DNA from: Polymyxa betae A26-41 | Taxonomy: Eukaryota > Protista > Endomyxa: Phytomyxea | Length of the DNA: 39,336 nt | Direction of reading: 5' to 3' | NCBI GenBank assembly: GCA_003693705.1 | Contig: RBZT01000349.1 | Location: 1-39,336, forward strand | Part shown: positions 12,189 to 21,769 of the stretch, one piece after another | Layout: each line of letters begins with the position of its first letter | Position numbering within the stretch: position 1 is the first letter of the stretch | Translations under genes and position numbers: made by a program | The notes under the pieces: generated by a model | What the model saw: only the letters and a program-made list of their open reading frames with translations | What the model was told of the DNA's origin: nothing | Databases searched by the model: none

Positions 12189-12808
12189 TCAGGATTGTTT
12201 AAAGATGACGCTATCCTTGGCGAGTTCATAGGCGAGCTTGCCAGCCAGATACAGCACATACCTGCAAATAACAAATCAGAATACATCAGACATGATGACT
12301 ATTTACATTTCGCCTGGGTAAGCACTTGTTAGAAAACATTTTCGAGCAATAATGGAGAATTCTCTTACCGAAGTGATATGGGCCACCTAGCAGACGCGCC
12401 GAGCTCGATTGATTATAACCGAAAGCGAATAGCATTCGGAAAACGAAGATCCAAGCTCCCGCCAGAGCTGTATGCAATGGGTTGTAGATGCCAGCGATTA
12501 GAAAGACGGGCAGAAAGAAGCTCATGAACTCCATATTGTTCTGATGGATACGCTGTGATCGAAGGTAATGGTCGACTTCAGGCTCCGATAGCTTCAGACG
12601 CTTCACATCGCTGTGGCAAACGTCAGCGATAAGAACGGCTGTACACATGCTACGGCGACCTATCACGAGGATAAAGAATCGGCGCCTTGATCTTGGCCTT
12701 TGAGCGAGATTTGGCGACAAATATGACGAAGATGATATTCTGCTGCAGATAGAGAGCCAGCAGGACAGCTATCACGAAGCCGAACTCGGACGAGATGTCG
12801 ATGATCAT
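12189..12808 (-). CDS. MAPEG family protein (microsomal glutathione S-transferase 3-like)
   Basis: VAKSRSKAKIKAPILYP, RSQRIHQNNMEF, AGAWIFVFRMLFAFGY; three introns including a 7-nt micro-exon at 12307-12313; TGA 12189-12191. Confidence 0.9.
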
Positions 12809-13385
12809 GGTGATAAGCGACAGATAACCAAAGTGACAATATTTAAAGAGGAGCGCACAAACTTCCATTTATTTATGTTCATCGCTACTTACTGTACGAA
12901 CAGGAATGGGAAGTCGTTCAGGTCCGCATTGACGTCTGGCTTCTGTCCAGACATGGTTCAGAGCAAATCGGTTCGAGCGGGTCCGAGATGGTCGTATGAA
13001 ATGTCGCATGCCGTTCGATCGAATGCGTTCCTGAAAGGCATTTTCATGCTACAAGGATGAATCCAGCAAGATCGCTATGGCACCTTGTCATATTGATTGC
13101 TCGTTAGTTAACAACAATGACATAGCATTGCCGCAGAAATCAAAACTGAAACCAAATAAATAGTTGGCCAAGGCAGATTTCTAGGCCTTGATCAACATCG
13201 AAATTGTCGCTGAACCAGCTATGCTACCCTTTCATCATAATCTTCTGTGATTTGTTCCAAAAACGATATATTTCCTTTCCAAGCGCCCAACGTTTAACAC
13301 GTATAGTTTGGTTGAGTCGTCCGAGACACTGAGACAACCCAGGGCCCATGACATTTATTTGCAGTGAAATGAAGCGGCTGAAGAT

Positions 13386-15359
13386 CTATCCCCAGAGTTC
13401 CGATACTAATCTGTCGTCTTCGCCTAACCGCTTCAGATATAAACCGGCTTGGTCTGCATCGCAGTTTGTCTTCGTCATGACGATATCTCGGAGTAGATTT
13501 CGGATGTCTTTGCCCATGTGGGTCGAGCCACAAATGAAAATGATGGCGGCTTTCTTGTCGATCAGGTCCCAGATTAGTTCCTGCTGCTCTTTCATACGAT
13601 GCTGAATGTACACTTTCTTGTTTGGATCTTCTCGAGAGAATGCCAAGTGTAAGCCTTTCAACACACCTATTTGCTGAGCTTCCATCAACTCTTCTTCGTA
13701 TAAGAAATCATCGTCACGATTCCGGCATCCGAAAAACAAATGCCATTCGGGGAGCTCACCGCGATGATTCTTATACCGATGAATGCCTTCCTGAATGAAA
13801 GCGCGGAAAGGGGCTATTCCAGTCCCTGTTCCACACATGATGATAGGTGTGGCAAAGTCTTCAGGCAGGTAAAACGACGATTTTCTGACGAAGACGTGGC
13901 AAGTATCTTTGCCGGGAGTTAACTTAGTTAGAAAAGTGGAACAGACCCCGTCATGGATGCGATCACGAGCCTTCACGGTTCGAGTTAAAGAGACGGTTAA
14001 ATGAACCTCTTCTGGATGCGCCAATGCTGACGATGCTATCGTAAACATACGCGGCTGAAGATGTGGACATTCCTCTAAGAAATGTTCCAGGGGCAGCATA
14101 ACCGAAGGGAACATGTCTAGAACCTCTGGAATGGTTTTCTTATCCACTACAATATGTTCGTAGTAGTCTTGTTTTCCAGCCGGCAGTGACATGTTCAGCA
14201 AGCGGGTTTTCTCTTCCGCATCACGAGCATATTGTGCCAGAAACCCGAAAAAAGCTTTGCGAGGCGGCGACATTACATCGAGATGCCAAAGAAGAGCATC
14301 GCGAACGGAACAAGGTGACGGTACTGGGAACTTCTTACTGCTGCCAAATTTCAGCCGTTTCATGGTGAATACAGCATCAAGAGCAAAACCGAGACGTTGG
14401 CATAACTTGACGACAACTTTGTAGTCATTACGTGGATGTACACCGATATTATGTGCAGTCCCATACGAGAGCGCCCGATCCCGAAGATCCAGTGCGATAT
14501 GTACAGTCGAAGTCATCTCGGTCGGCTTCTTTAACAATTGAGTTACAGAGAGGACCTTAACAATGCGATGGGTGCTTAAAGAGCTGTTGGAAGAGCGGCG
14601 ATTTCGAAATGAAACGTCGTGATTTGGGAGCTCTTTGGAGAAAACGACACGGAACGACGGCTCGAAAAAGACGACTTGAGATCCCATGGCAGAGCCCGAT
14701 TCAATGCCAAAATGTTCGTTCATCTTTACCCATAGATTAGCGCGCCAGTTCTCGTTTTCTTCTTCGATGCAGCAGCTGTCATCCCCAAGACCCATTTCTA
14801 TGAGCCGAGCACCACCCAAATATGATAACCGCTTATCAACAGTGATACCACATTTGTTGAAATGCTCATACTGACGATTGCCAAGACCGAATACCGCAAA
14901 GGTGACCTTGGAGAGCAACTCACGTTCACGTTCGTCGCTCACCAGCCAATCATAAAATTCGGCTGCGCCATCAGGAGGATCGCCTTCACCATGTGTTGCA
15001 ATATAGATGATAACCAAACGCTCATTTTCAAGCTCTTGGCTATAGTTATAAGATTCGAGATCGCAGAGCCTTGGGGCATAGCCACGAGAACGAGCTTCCT
15101 TGCATAAGCCATCAGCGAGCGATTCCGCAGTTCCCGATTGGGTTCCGAACAGAATGGTTATTTTTGGTCCATTCGCTTGAGATTCATCCGCTGCCTGACT
15201 AGCTGCAGCGGCAGCATTCCGAGATTTAAGCGAAGTTGCATAAGTCATCCGGTCGATATTGAGCGCAACTGATCGGCGCTGATCGAGGAAGTAGGCGATG
15301 ATCAGAATAATGGCGACGCCGAGCACGGCGCCTTCAATTAAATCCATGAACGACACCAT
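13386..15359 (-). CDS. CPR: NADPH-cytochrome P450 reductase (diflavin reductase)
   Basis: N-terminal TM anchor; FMN loop GTQSGTAE; ATHGEGDPPD; FGLGNRQYEHFN; FAD motif PRMFTIASS; GTGIAPF; FFGCR; AFSRE..KVYIQH; penultimate Trp (ELWG). Intronless, 657 aa. Confidence 0.92.
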   Translation of the reverse strand: MVSFMDLIEGAVLGVAIILIIAYFLDQRRSVALNIDRMTYATSLKSRNAAAAASQAADESQANGPKITILFGTQSGTAESLADGLCKEARSRGYAPRLCDLESYNYSQELENERLVIIYIATHGEGDPPDGAAEFYDWLVSDERERELLSKVTFAVFGLGNRQYEHFNKCGITVDKRLSYLGGARLIEMGLGDDSCCIEEENENWRANLWVKMNEHFGIESGSAMGSQVVFFEPSFRVVFSKELPNHDVSFRNRRSSNSSLSTHRIVKVLSVTQLLKKPTEMTSTVHIALDLRDRALSYGTAHNIGVHPRNDYKVVVKLCQRLGFALDAVFTMKRLKFGSSKKFPVPSPCSVRDALLWHLDVMSPPRKAFFGFLAQYARDAEEKTRLLNMSLPAGKQDYYEHIVVDKKTIPEVLDMFPSVMLPLEHFLEECPHLQPRMFTIASSALAHPEEVHLTVSLTRTVKARDRIHDGVCSTFLTKLTPGKDTCHVFVRKSSFYLPEDFATPIIMCGTGTGIAPFRAFIQEGIHRYKNHRGELPEWHLFFGCRNRDDDFLYEEELMEAQQIGVLKGLHLAFSREDPNKKVYIQHRMKEQQELIWDLIDKKAAIIFICGSTHMGKDIRNLLRDIVMTKTNCDADQAGLYLKRLGEDDRLVSELWG

Positions 15360-15385
15360 GGCTGGGACGATAATTATAATGCGAC

Positions 15386-15610
15386 CGGGTAGAGAGAGAA
15401 ATCAGAATGTTTTGAGCCTCGGTCTTCCCTTGACAGAATCGACAGAAGAAGTGACGTAAGCGACAGGATTATCTGGGGTAGATGAGGCGACGATCGGGTA
15501 GAGAGAGAAATCAGAATGTAATGATGGGTTTGATGTCTGTCTTGGCTTTAGAGAGACTGTTAACACAGAGTTAAGCGGCGGGACCTATCTGGGGTCAATG
15601 GGGTGACGAA
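15386..15610. repeat. Direct repeats (~110-nt period) upstream of CPR
   Basis: Identical 25-mer cgggtagagagagaaatcagaatgt at 15386-15410 and 15495-15519; a second motif tatctggggt...gacga at ~15470 and ~15586. Confidence 0.75.
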
Positions 15611-16250
15611 TTTGGGGTCGTCTTCTGCTGTCTGTTAATCCAGTCTGTCATAGAGTTAGTATGAGCATGATGCGGGAGTTCAGATAGGTTTCGTACAAGA
15701 TGTGATACAGAACGATTCGGTTGAATCAGTACTCGAATGATCCCCTACGAGCGAACGAGCCGGCGATGAGCACCAGACTGGCAAGGACAAGAGCTTAGGC
15801 GTCGCCTGCCCCGGGTCGCAGCTGGGTCGGCTGCTAGCGAATATGTACAATACGGGAGAAACAGATGCCGATCTCGTACGCAGGGATATCGAGATCCCGG
15901 AGACCGGATTTCACATGTTGTCTGAGCTCTGCATTATATCTATCTATATTATGCAAGATGCTGTATGCGAACAGCTCTAAGGGGCATTTTCTGGCTATCA
16001 ACATTCCAGAACAATCCCGATACCTGCCATTGAGAATATGACAATCAAGAAACGCGAACAATTACGACCGTCATTCATCTAAAAAACGTCTATATACAGT
16101 TATTGTTCTGCAAGCAGGTCTCAATCCAGGCTTGAGTTTTTAAGCAGCAATCAGAATTTTATCGCCTGGAACGAAGGACGCCGTACGAAGTCCGCAATCT
16201 GATCATCATTTCCTGCTGGGGAGTGTTGGCCCATTTCATCACTTTCCTCG

Positions 16251-17368
16251 ATGAAGGATGGCAGCCAGGAGGTCTCGATTCGCATGCCTCACATCGAGGA
16301 GGATGAGATGGAGTTCCTTCATTCACTCGGCTATACCAAGGTCGTAATACGATGGTGGTCGTATTGTCGTTCCCGATCTCTGACCATTTGTCTACATGCT
16401 ATAGGCTATGATTGCTGGTGCTGCTGCTGGGCTCTCAGAGCATCTATTCATGTTCCCAGTTGATACAGTCAAGACCAGATTGCAAGTTATTGGCTTACCT
16501 GGCATGCCCATCTATTCAGGTATGAGATTCCTATATCTTTCTTTGAGCTGGGTTATTACATGAAACGACTTTATTCATATAGTGTTCCTTTCTAAAAATT
16601 ATTCCATAAATTCGTGGATTTTTTGTTTGGAAATTCGCCCTTCTGATGCCCATTTCTGAACGGTTACTTTACACAGGAATATTAGACACATTCAGGAGCA
16701 TCGTTTACAAGGAAGGCGTCCAAGCTCTATACAAAGGCCTTCCAGCCATTCTAGTAGGCGCTGTTCCATCACACGCCGTCTATTTCGCCACCTACGAATA
16801 CGTCAAAGACAAGCTGGGCGGGCGCGGTCCAGGCCACCACCCCGTCATCAATGGCGTCTCTGGCGCTTGTGCCGTCATGGCCCACGACGCCATCGTCACA
16901 CCGCTGGACGTCGTCAAACAGCGCATGCAAATATATCGGTCGCAGCACTCGTCAATCTTCTCCTGCATTCGTTCTATTATCCGCAACGAAGGTCTGCCGA
17001 TCATGTTCGCATCGTATCCAATCACAGTCGCCATGAACGTCCCATTCATGGCCGTACATTTTGCCACCTACGAGAGCGTTAAACTACAGCTGGAGCAGTC
17101 GTTTACGCACGGCGTCTGGTCTCATCTGTTGGCCGGAGCCTGCGCCGGTGCTCTTGGTGGCTTTGTCTCCACGCCCTTCGACGTCTGCAAGACCATGATC
17201 CAGATTCGCGGCGATTCGTCCGGTGCTCGGAACGTATTCCGACAGATTGTTGATCGGGGCGGTGTTCGTGCCCTGTTCCATGGCGCTACAGCTAGATGTC
17301 TGTACTTTACACCAAGTGCTGCCATATGTTGGACTACATACGAGGCGTGTAAATCATGGCTCATGTAA
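16251..17368 (+). CDS. Mitochondrial carrier, mitoferrin (MRS3/4, SLC25A37/28)-like
   Basis: Introns 16341-16404 and 16520-16676. Three PxDxxKxxxQ signatures; mitoferrin-type residues AGLSEHLFMFPVD, GAVPSHAVYFATYE, AHDAIVTPLD, SYPITVAMNVPF. Confidence 0.92.
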
Positions 17369-17449
17369 TGTTACATTTAATGTATCAACTCCATTGAGTC
17401 AATCATCGTTCTCCGGAACCAAATACCAACTAAAAGTAAATGACTAACA

Positions 17450-18085
17450 GCGGCGCTCTGCGTTTCCTGCTGGGTTCACGCGAGCGCGATATTCTTCGCC
17501 GACATCGGCGCTGCAATGGCGGACAACGACCCGATGCTGGTCGGCGACCGGATGCGATCGCCGAGAACGAGACGCCACTTGATCGCCATGATTCCGAGGC
17601 GTTGCAGCTGACGCTCTCGTGCAGCAGCACGGCGTCATGGTCGGAACCCGTCGCCATCCATGCCTATTCCGGCCCCATCGAATATGGAGACTTTCGAATT
17701 ACAGATCGAGCCCGGATCCCGCCCTGTCGTCTGATGTCGTCGTCATCGCTCAGCTCTTCGTTTCAATAGAATCACCTCTCCGCCCTCGCTTGCTCGTATT
17801 CTCCAGCTCAAATAAAAACCATCTCTCACGCCGTAATAGACGTTAGTTGGCCGCGAGCGGGCGGGAAACTCGAACGTGCGCTTGTTGAAAGCCGCGCACC
17901 TAGGTCGAATACTCGTCCTCGGGGGAATCTGCCAACCACGATCCGGGAAGCGCCGCCGACCCCCGCCACCTTGTCTGCCCTGTCCCGGTAGGAAAGCGGG
18001 CCAGTAACTACAGTAGTACCTAGTGACGGGGCCGGTACGACTGTAGCGGGTCGCTGCGTTACATCTCGAGTCAGACCGAGTCTGT
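17450..18085. ncRNA. Putative large structured RNA element of unknown family
   Basis: GC-rich, no protein-like ORF in six frames, many nested inverted repeats (see findings). Strand uncertain; most G-U pairs favour +. Confidence 0.45.
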
Positions 18086-18141
18086 GTCTCTCCGTCTCTC
18101 TGTATCATCTGTCTATTTAATCATCATCATCGTTGTATTCA

Positions 18142-19818
18142 ATGCTGGTCCTACGTGACGTCCTGAACGAAGCGTATCGGGATCTGCGATCTCGATCGTC
18201 ATCATCTCGACCTGTGCTGGTCCAGGTTGGACCTGATGCTGATGCTATATGTGCCTGTGCTATATGGACTGCATTATTACGTATAGATCAGATCCCATAT
18301 AGAATCACACCTATACAATCATATGATCATGTTGGTGCTGGACTCGCTACTGCAGATTCTCTCGTTCTCATCAATTGTGGTGCTACTGTCGATCTACAAC
18401 AGCATCTGGAAGCCGGTGGTGCTGGCCCCGATCTACGTGTCTACGTCCTGGATTCCCATCGTCCCTATCATCTGGCTAATGTCAGGTCCACCAATACCCA
18501 GATCGTCTGTCTCGACGCCACCACTGAATACCCGTCGTACCCGTCCGATCACGATCTATCCTCGGACTCCGACGACGATGACGGCGACGGCGATCGGCGC
18601 CGGGAACGCATTCAGCGCCGCATGCGGGTCGCCGATCATTACGGCGGCACCTATCAAGACGTGTCTGTGGCCGTACTGGCTCACGACCTGGCCCAGCAAC
18701 TCGGTAAAGACGATGTTGATATGCTATGGGCTGCGATCGTCGGTCTGACGGACCAGTACGTCTTCGAACGTATTAATCGTTGGACGTATCAGACTCAGGT
18801 TCATCATTTACGTCGTCATGTGTTTAATCAAGATGAACGTGATGATATTGGTGCTGTTGATGATGAAGCTCAAGTCCGTCTACCAGCAGCTGGAACTATC
18901 ACATTTGAACCAGCTGATCTTCAATTTACATTATTACGACATTGGAATCTGTATGATGCTATGGCACATTCACGTCGTCTAGCTACAAGATTAAAGCTAT
19001 GGCGTGATACAGGAACACAACAGCTTAATCTCATATTAGCTAAGCTCGGTATTCCAAGACAGGAATCCCGAGCGCCCTACTTCCTCATGCGATATGATTG
19101 CAAGAAACGTCTGAACGACGACCTGGCCAAATACGCGGGCGAGTACGGCTTGGAATCGGCGGATCTGTTCCTGCCGGGATTCACACGACGATACGCCGAT
19201 GGTCTGGTCGTATCTAGCTCGGATCTGGTGCTGGTCATGACGGCGGTATTGTCGGATTCGAGCGCTGATAACGGATTCTGGACGGCGTTGGATGCATTAA
19301 GATCACAGCAGGCACCATTGCTAAGGAAGACATTGCTACCAGCTGCTATCGATCTGCAGACGAAATTGTTCCAGCGAGCTCATGCACTACTATCAAAACG
19401 TGGTGTCACATCAACCGGCAAATATCGGCTCTGTATTCTAGATAGCAGCGAGGTCCAGTACGTGTTCGGACGGCCATTAGCTCTATGGCAGCTCGGACTG
19501 TTCCTGATCGACGCGTACGAACACGTCATCAGTGAACAATCATCAGCGCAACGGAAACGTCCAAGGCGTGTGAAGATCCTGCCATTCGTATTATGTGCAG
19601 AGATTGAACAGAGACATTCGTATCTGGTGATCGGGATGCCTAGGGCGGACCAGCACGACCAGGACAAGATTCAGAGGAATCCGTTCGCCGTGGCCTTCAC
19701 CGATGCCGCCGTACTGACGAAGGCGCGGGCCAGGCAGGATGGGTTCGAGGCGGCCATCGTCGAGATCGCCGCCGACGATCTGAAGCCGTTCTTAGAGAGT
19801 CTCGTCCATCAGATGTGA
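18142..19818 (+). CDS. CDC45: DNA replication initiation factor CDC45
   Basis: DADAICACAIWTALL, LVLINCGATVDL, YVLDSHRPYHLANV, MLWAAIVGLTDQY, LLRHWNLYDAM, RNPFAVAF, DGFEAAIVEI; intronless; first ATG 18142. Confidence 0.96.
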   Translation: MLVLRDVLNEAYRDLRSRSSSSRPVLVQVGPDADAICACAIWTALLRIDQIPYRITPIQSYDHVGAGLATADSLVLINCGATVDLQQHLEAGGAGPDLRVYVLDSHRPYHLANVRSTNTQIVCLDATTEYPSYPSDHDLSSDSDDDDGDGDRRRERIQRRMRVADHYGGTYQDVSVAVLAHDLAQQLGKDDVDMLWAAIVGLTDQYVFERINRWTYQTQVHHLRRHVFNQDERDDIGAVDDEAQVRLPAAGTITFEPADLQFTLLRHWNLYDAMAHSRRLATRLKLWRDTGTQQLNLILAKLGIPRQESRAPYFLMRYDCKKRLNDDLAKYAGEYGLESADLFLPGFTRRYADGLVVSSSDLVLVMTAVLSDSSADNGFWTALDALRSQQAPLLRKTLLPAAIDLQTKLFQRAHALLSKRGVTSTGKYRLCILDSSEVQYVFGRPLALWQLGLFLIDAYEHVISEQSSAQRKRPRRVKILPFVLCAEIEQRHSYLVIGMPRADQHDQDKIQRNPFAVAFTDAAVLTKARARQDGFEAAIVEIAADDLKPFLESLVHQM

Positions 19819-19945
19819 CACAACAATAAATTCATTCGTTCGGGCTTTATACAGACGGAAATGGGGCTGCTTGAATCAAGCCCCGGCTCAATGAATGACT
19901 CAGGGGCTATCACGGTTCCTTCCGTATTCGATATTTATTCCTGAA

Positions 19946-20351
19946 CTAGACCATCTTGTAGGACACGATGGTCGCCGCCTCTCCCATCATCTCTGAATCG
20001 CGCTTCTCCTGGGCCGTTGTCGCCAACGTCTTCCGCACGCGATCGTCGTCCAGCGCCTCAAAACGTTCGCCTTCCGATTCGGCCGCCGCCGAACGCAAAC
20101 GTTCCGATTCCAGCAGCACGCGCTTCGGTCTGTTGAAGTTCGCCAAGAAACGGTCGTACCGGTCCTCGGAGCCCAGCGAGGTCAAAGACTCGATCAATGT
20201 CGAACTAACACGATTCGATCCGCCATCGTTCCGATGCCGAGAGATCTCGGATTGTTCGGCATCGTCGACGAGAACCTCGCCCCGAAACGACTGCTTATCG
20301 CGTCCGGCACCGAACAAGCTCCTGGCCGCCCTGCGTCGTCTGTTCCGTCAT
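19946..20351 (-). CDS. Hypothetical protein with unresolved start (possible +1 frameshift gene, faintly antizyme-like)
   Basis: Protein-like frame 19946-20347 has no ATG until near its C-terminus; it is overlapped by an 18-codon ATG ORF (20351-20295) offset so that a +1 shift would fuse them. Confidence 0.35.
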
Positions 20352-20485
20352 AATTCAAGGCGTCGTCTAAAAACAGCCACAATCACAACAGTAAACGATC
20401 ATTAAAATGTTCTATTGTGATTCGATAATAAAGAATCGGGAATTTTTGTGAGATTTTCGGTAGTACAGATCGGAGAGATATTCCA

Positions 20486-21046
20486 ATGCTGGTGGCGTCG
20501 CTTCCGCATCTGATCCCAGGGCGTGATCATGAATTTCAGGGACCACTCCTGCAATCGTTGCCGCTGCCGCCGTCCCGAATCGATTCGAGTTTGGTGAAGC
20601 AAAAAAGGCAGGAGCAGATATTCAGCAGAACGAGAACGAGGGCGTTGCCGGCTGTAATACCGCAGCGATGGTCGGGAGAATATCGCCACGAGAACCCAGC
20701 GACGTTATCATCGCGACATGATCCTTCGAAATGGGTCTGGGGCGATCTACACAGACAACGCCGCCATAAATCCTTCTATTACAACGCTGCAGTCGTTAAC
20801 GATCAGGATCGAATGCGATGGCGACCTGAACCGAGCGTGAATCCGCTCGAAGATAATCGCTCAGCGAAGATCATGCAGAGATGGAGGTCGATGAACGATC
20901 TCGTCAAGCCTACCAGGCGGTTTCATCATCAGAGCGAGCGACGACGACCTGATCCTGATATGTTCGAGCTATTAAGACATGAGCCATGGGTACCTAGTCG
21001 ACGTCTGAAACCGATCCTCCCAACACCAAGATCGCATCTCTGGTGA
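20486..21046 (+). CDS. Hypothetical protein (186 aa, basic)
   Basis: Intact ATG-TGA ORF followed by an AT-rich 3' region; no recognisable domain. Confidence 0.5.
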   Translation: MLVASLPHLIPGRDHEFQGPLLQSLPLPPSRIDSSLVKQKRQEQIFSRTRTRALPAVIPQRWSGEYRHENPATLSSRHDPSKWVWGDLHRQRRHKSFYYNAAVVNDQDRMRWRPEPSVNPLEDNRSAKIMQRWRSMNDLVKPTRRFHHQSERRRPDPDMFELLRHEPWVPSRRLKPILPTPRSHLW

Positions 21047-21327
21047 ACAATAACTGATATAAAACTAACTGCAGCATATAAATATGAAAGTTTTATATAA
21101 TGAGATAGATGATAAGTTGGATCACCATTAGAGGGAATCTATCATATATGGGGTTTCTAATGAATTGAGCAGATCACTATCATATCTTCTCTCTAAGTCC
21201 TACATGAACAACCGAGCAACAGAACTATTCTCTAACAGGGTGAAATATAGCCAGCTCTGGTAAATGGAAGTAGGAGCTCCTGAGGATTATTAGCAAGGTG
21301 ATATGCAGATGTACTTTAGGCCTTATG

Positions 21328-21769
21328 CTATGAATACATCACCATACCAACAAACTTAACCGAATAGAATCCGATCCTGCCCACAATATCGTTTAATAAT
21401 CTATGTATCAGAATGCTGCCTGCAGATTTACCGGCATGAGCTATATGATAGGTTAACTGTTTAGTGACCATGAGAGCATGTAGTTCAAGATCTTGAGATT
21501 CTGCTGGTCCAGATCTCAATATCATACACATCTGATAGGTTGAGCTGTCAGGTTTTAGCTGCTGGAAGGGATTACTTGGCTTGAACAGCTGATTCATGCA
21601 GATATTGATAGGATGGAGGCAGCGCCTTTACGATAAGAGCTCGCTCGTATAACTGAACAGTAAGGTGAGATTGACGGTGGCGATTAAACGAGATTAACAC
21701 ATGGAGTATGTATGATTGATATGATGAGATGGAGAGGTCCATCATATTATAATGCCGTGACCAGATCAT
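21328..21769 (-). pseudogene. Possible degenerate PPR-like gene fragment
   Basis: Two overlapping frames give HVLISFNRHRQSHLTVQLYER and QQLKPDSSTYQMCMIL...LELHALMVTK, loosely PPR-like. Broken by frame changes and stops. Confidence 0.25.

Noticed and set aside
16520-16676. Unusually long (157-nt) intron as a snoRNA host
   Set aside because: No convincing box C/D pair with terminal stem and no H/ACA hairpins.
17796-17822. snR30/U17 m1/m2-like motifs (GTATTC, AAACCAT)
   Set aside because: Too close together, with no enclosing hairpin or downstream ACA box.
17921-18080. Cobalamin-riboswitch-like words (GGGAA, CCCCGCCAC, AGTCAG..ACC)
   Set aside because: Core helices, T-loop and full B12 box are missing, and there is no B12-related gene context.
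17450-18085. Telomerase RNA identity for the structured element
   Set aside because: No CCCTAA or CCCTAAAA template on either strand.
17430-18108. ORFs of 64-121 aa in the GC-rich block
   Set aside because: Arg/Ser/Pro-rich translations in all frames with no domain; expected from GC content.
19968-20405. Plus-strand 145-aa ORF
   Set aside because: Ser/Arg-rich codon-phase mirror of the minus-strand frame.
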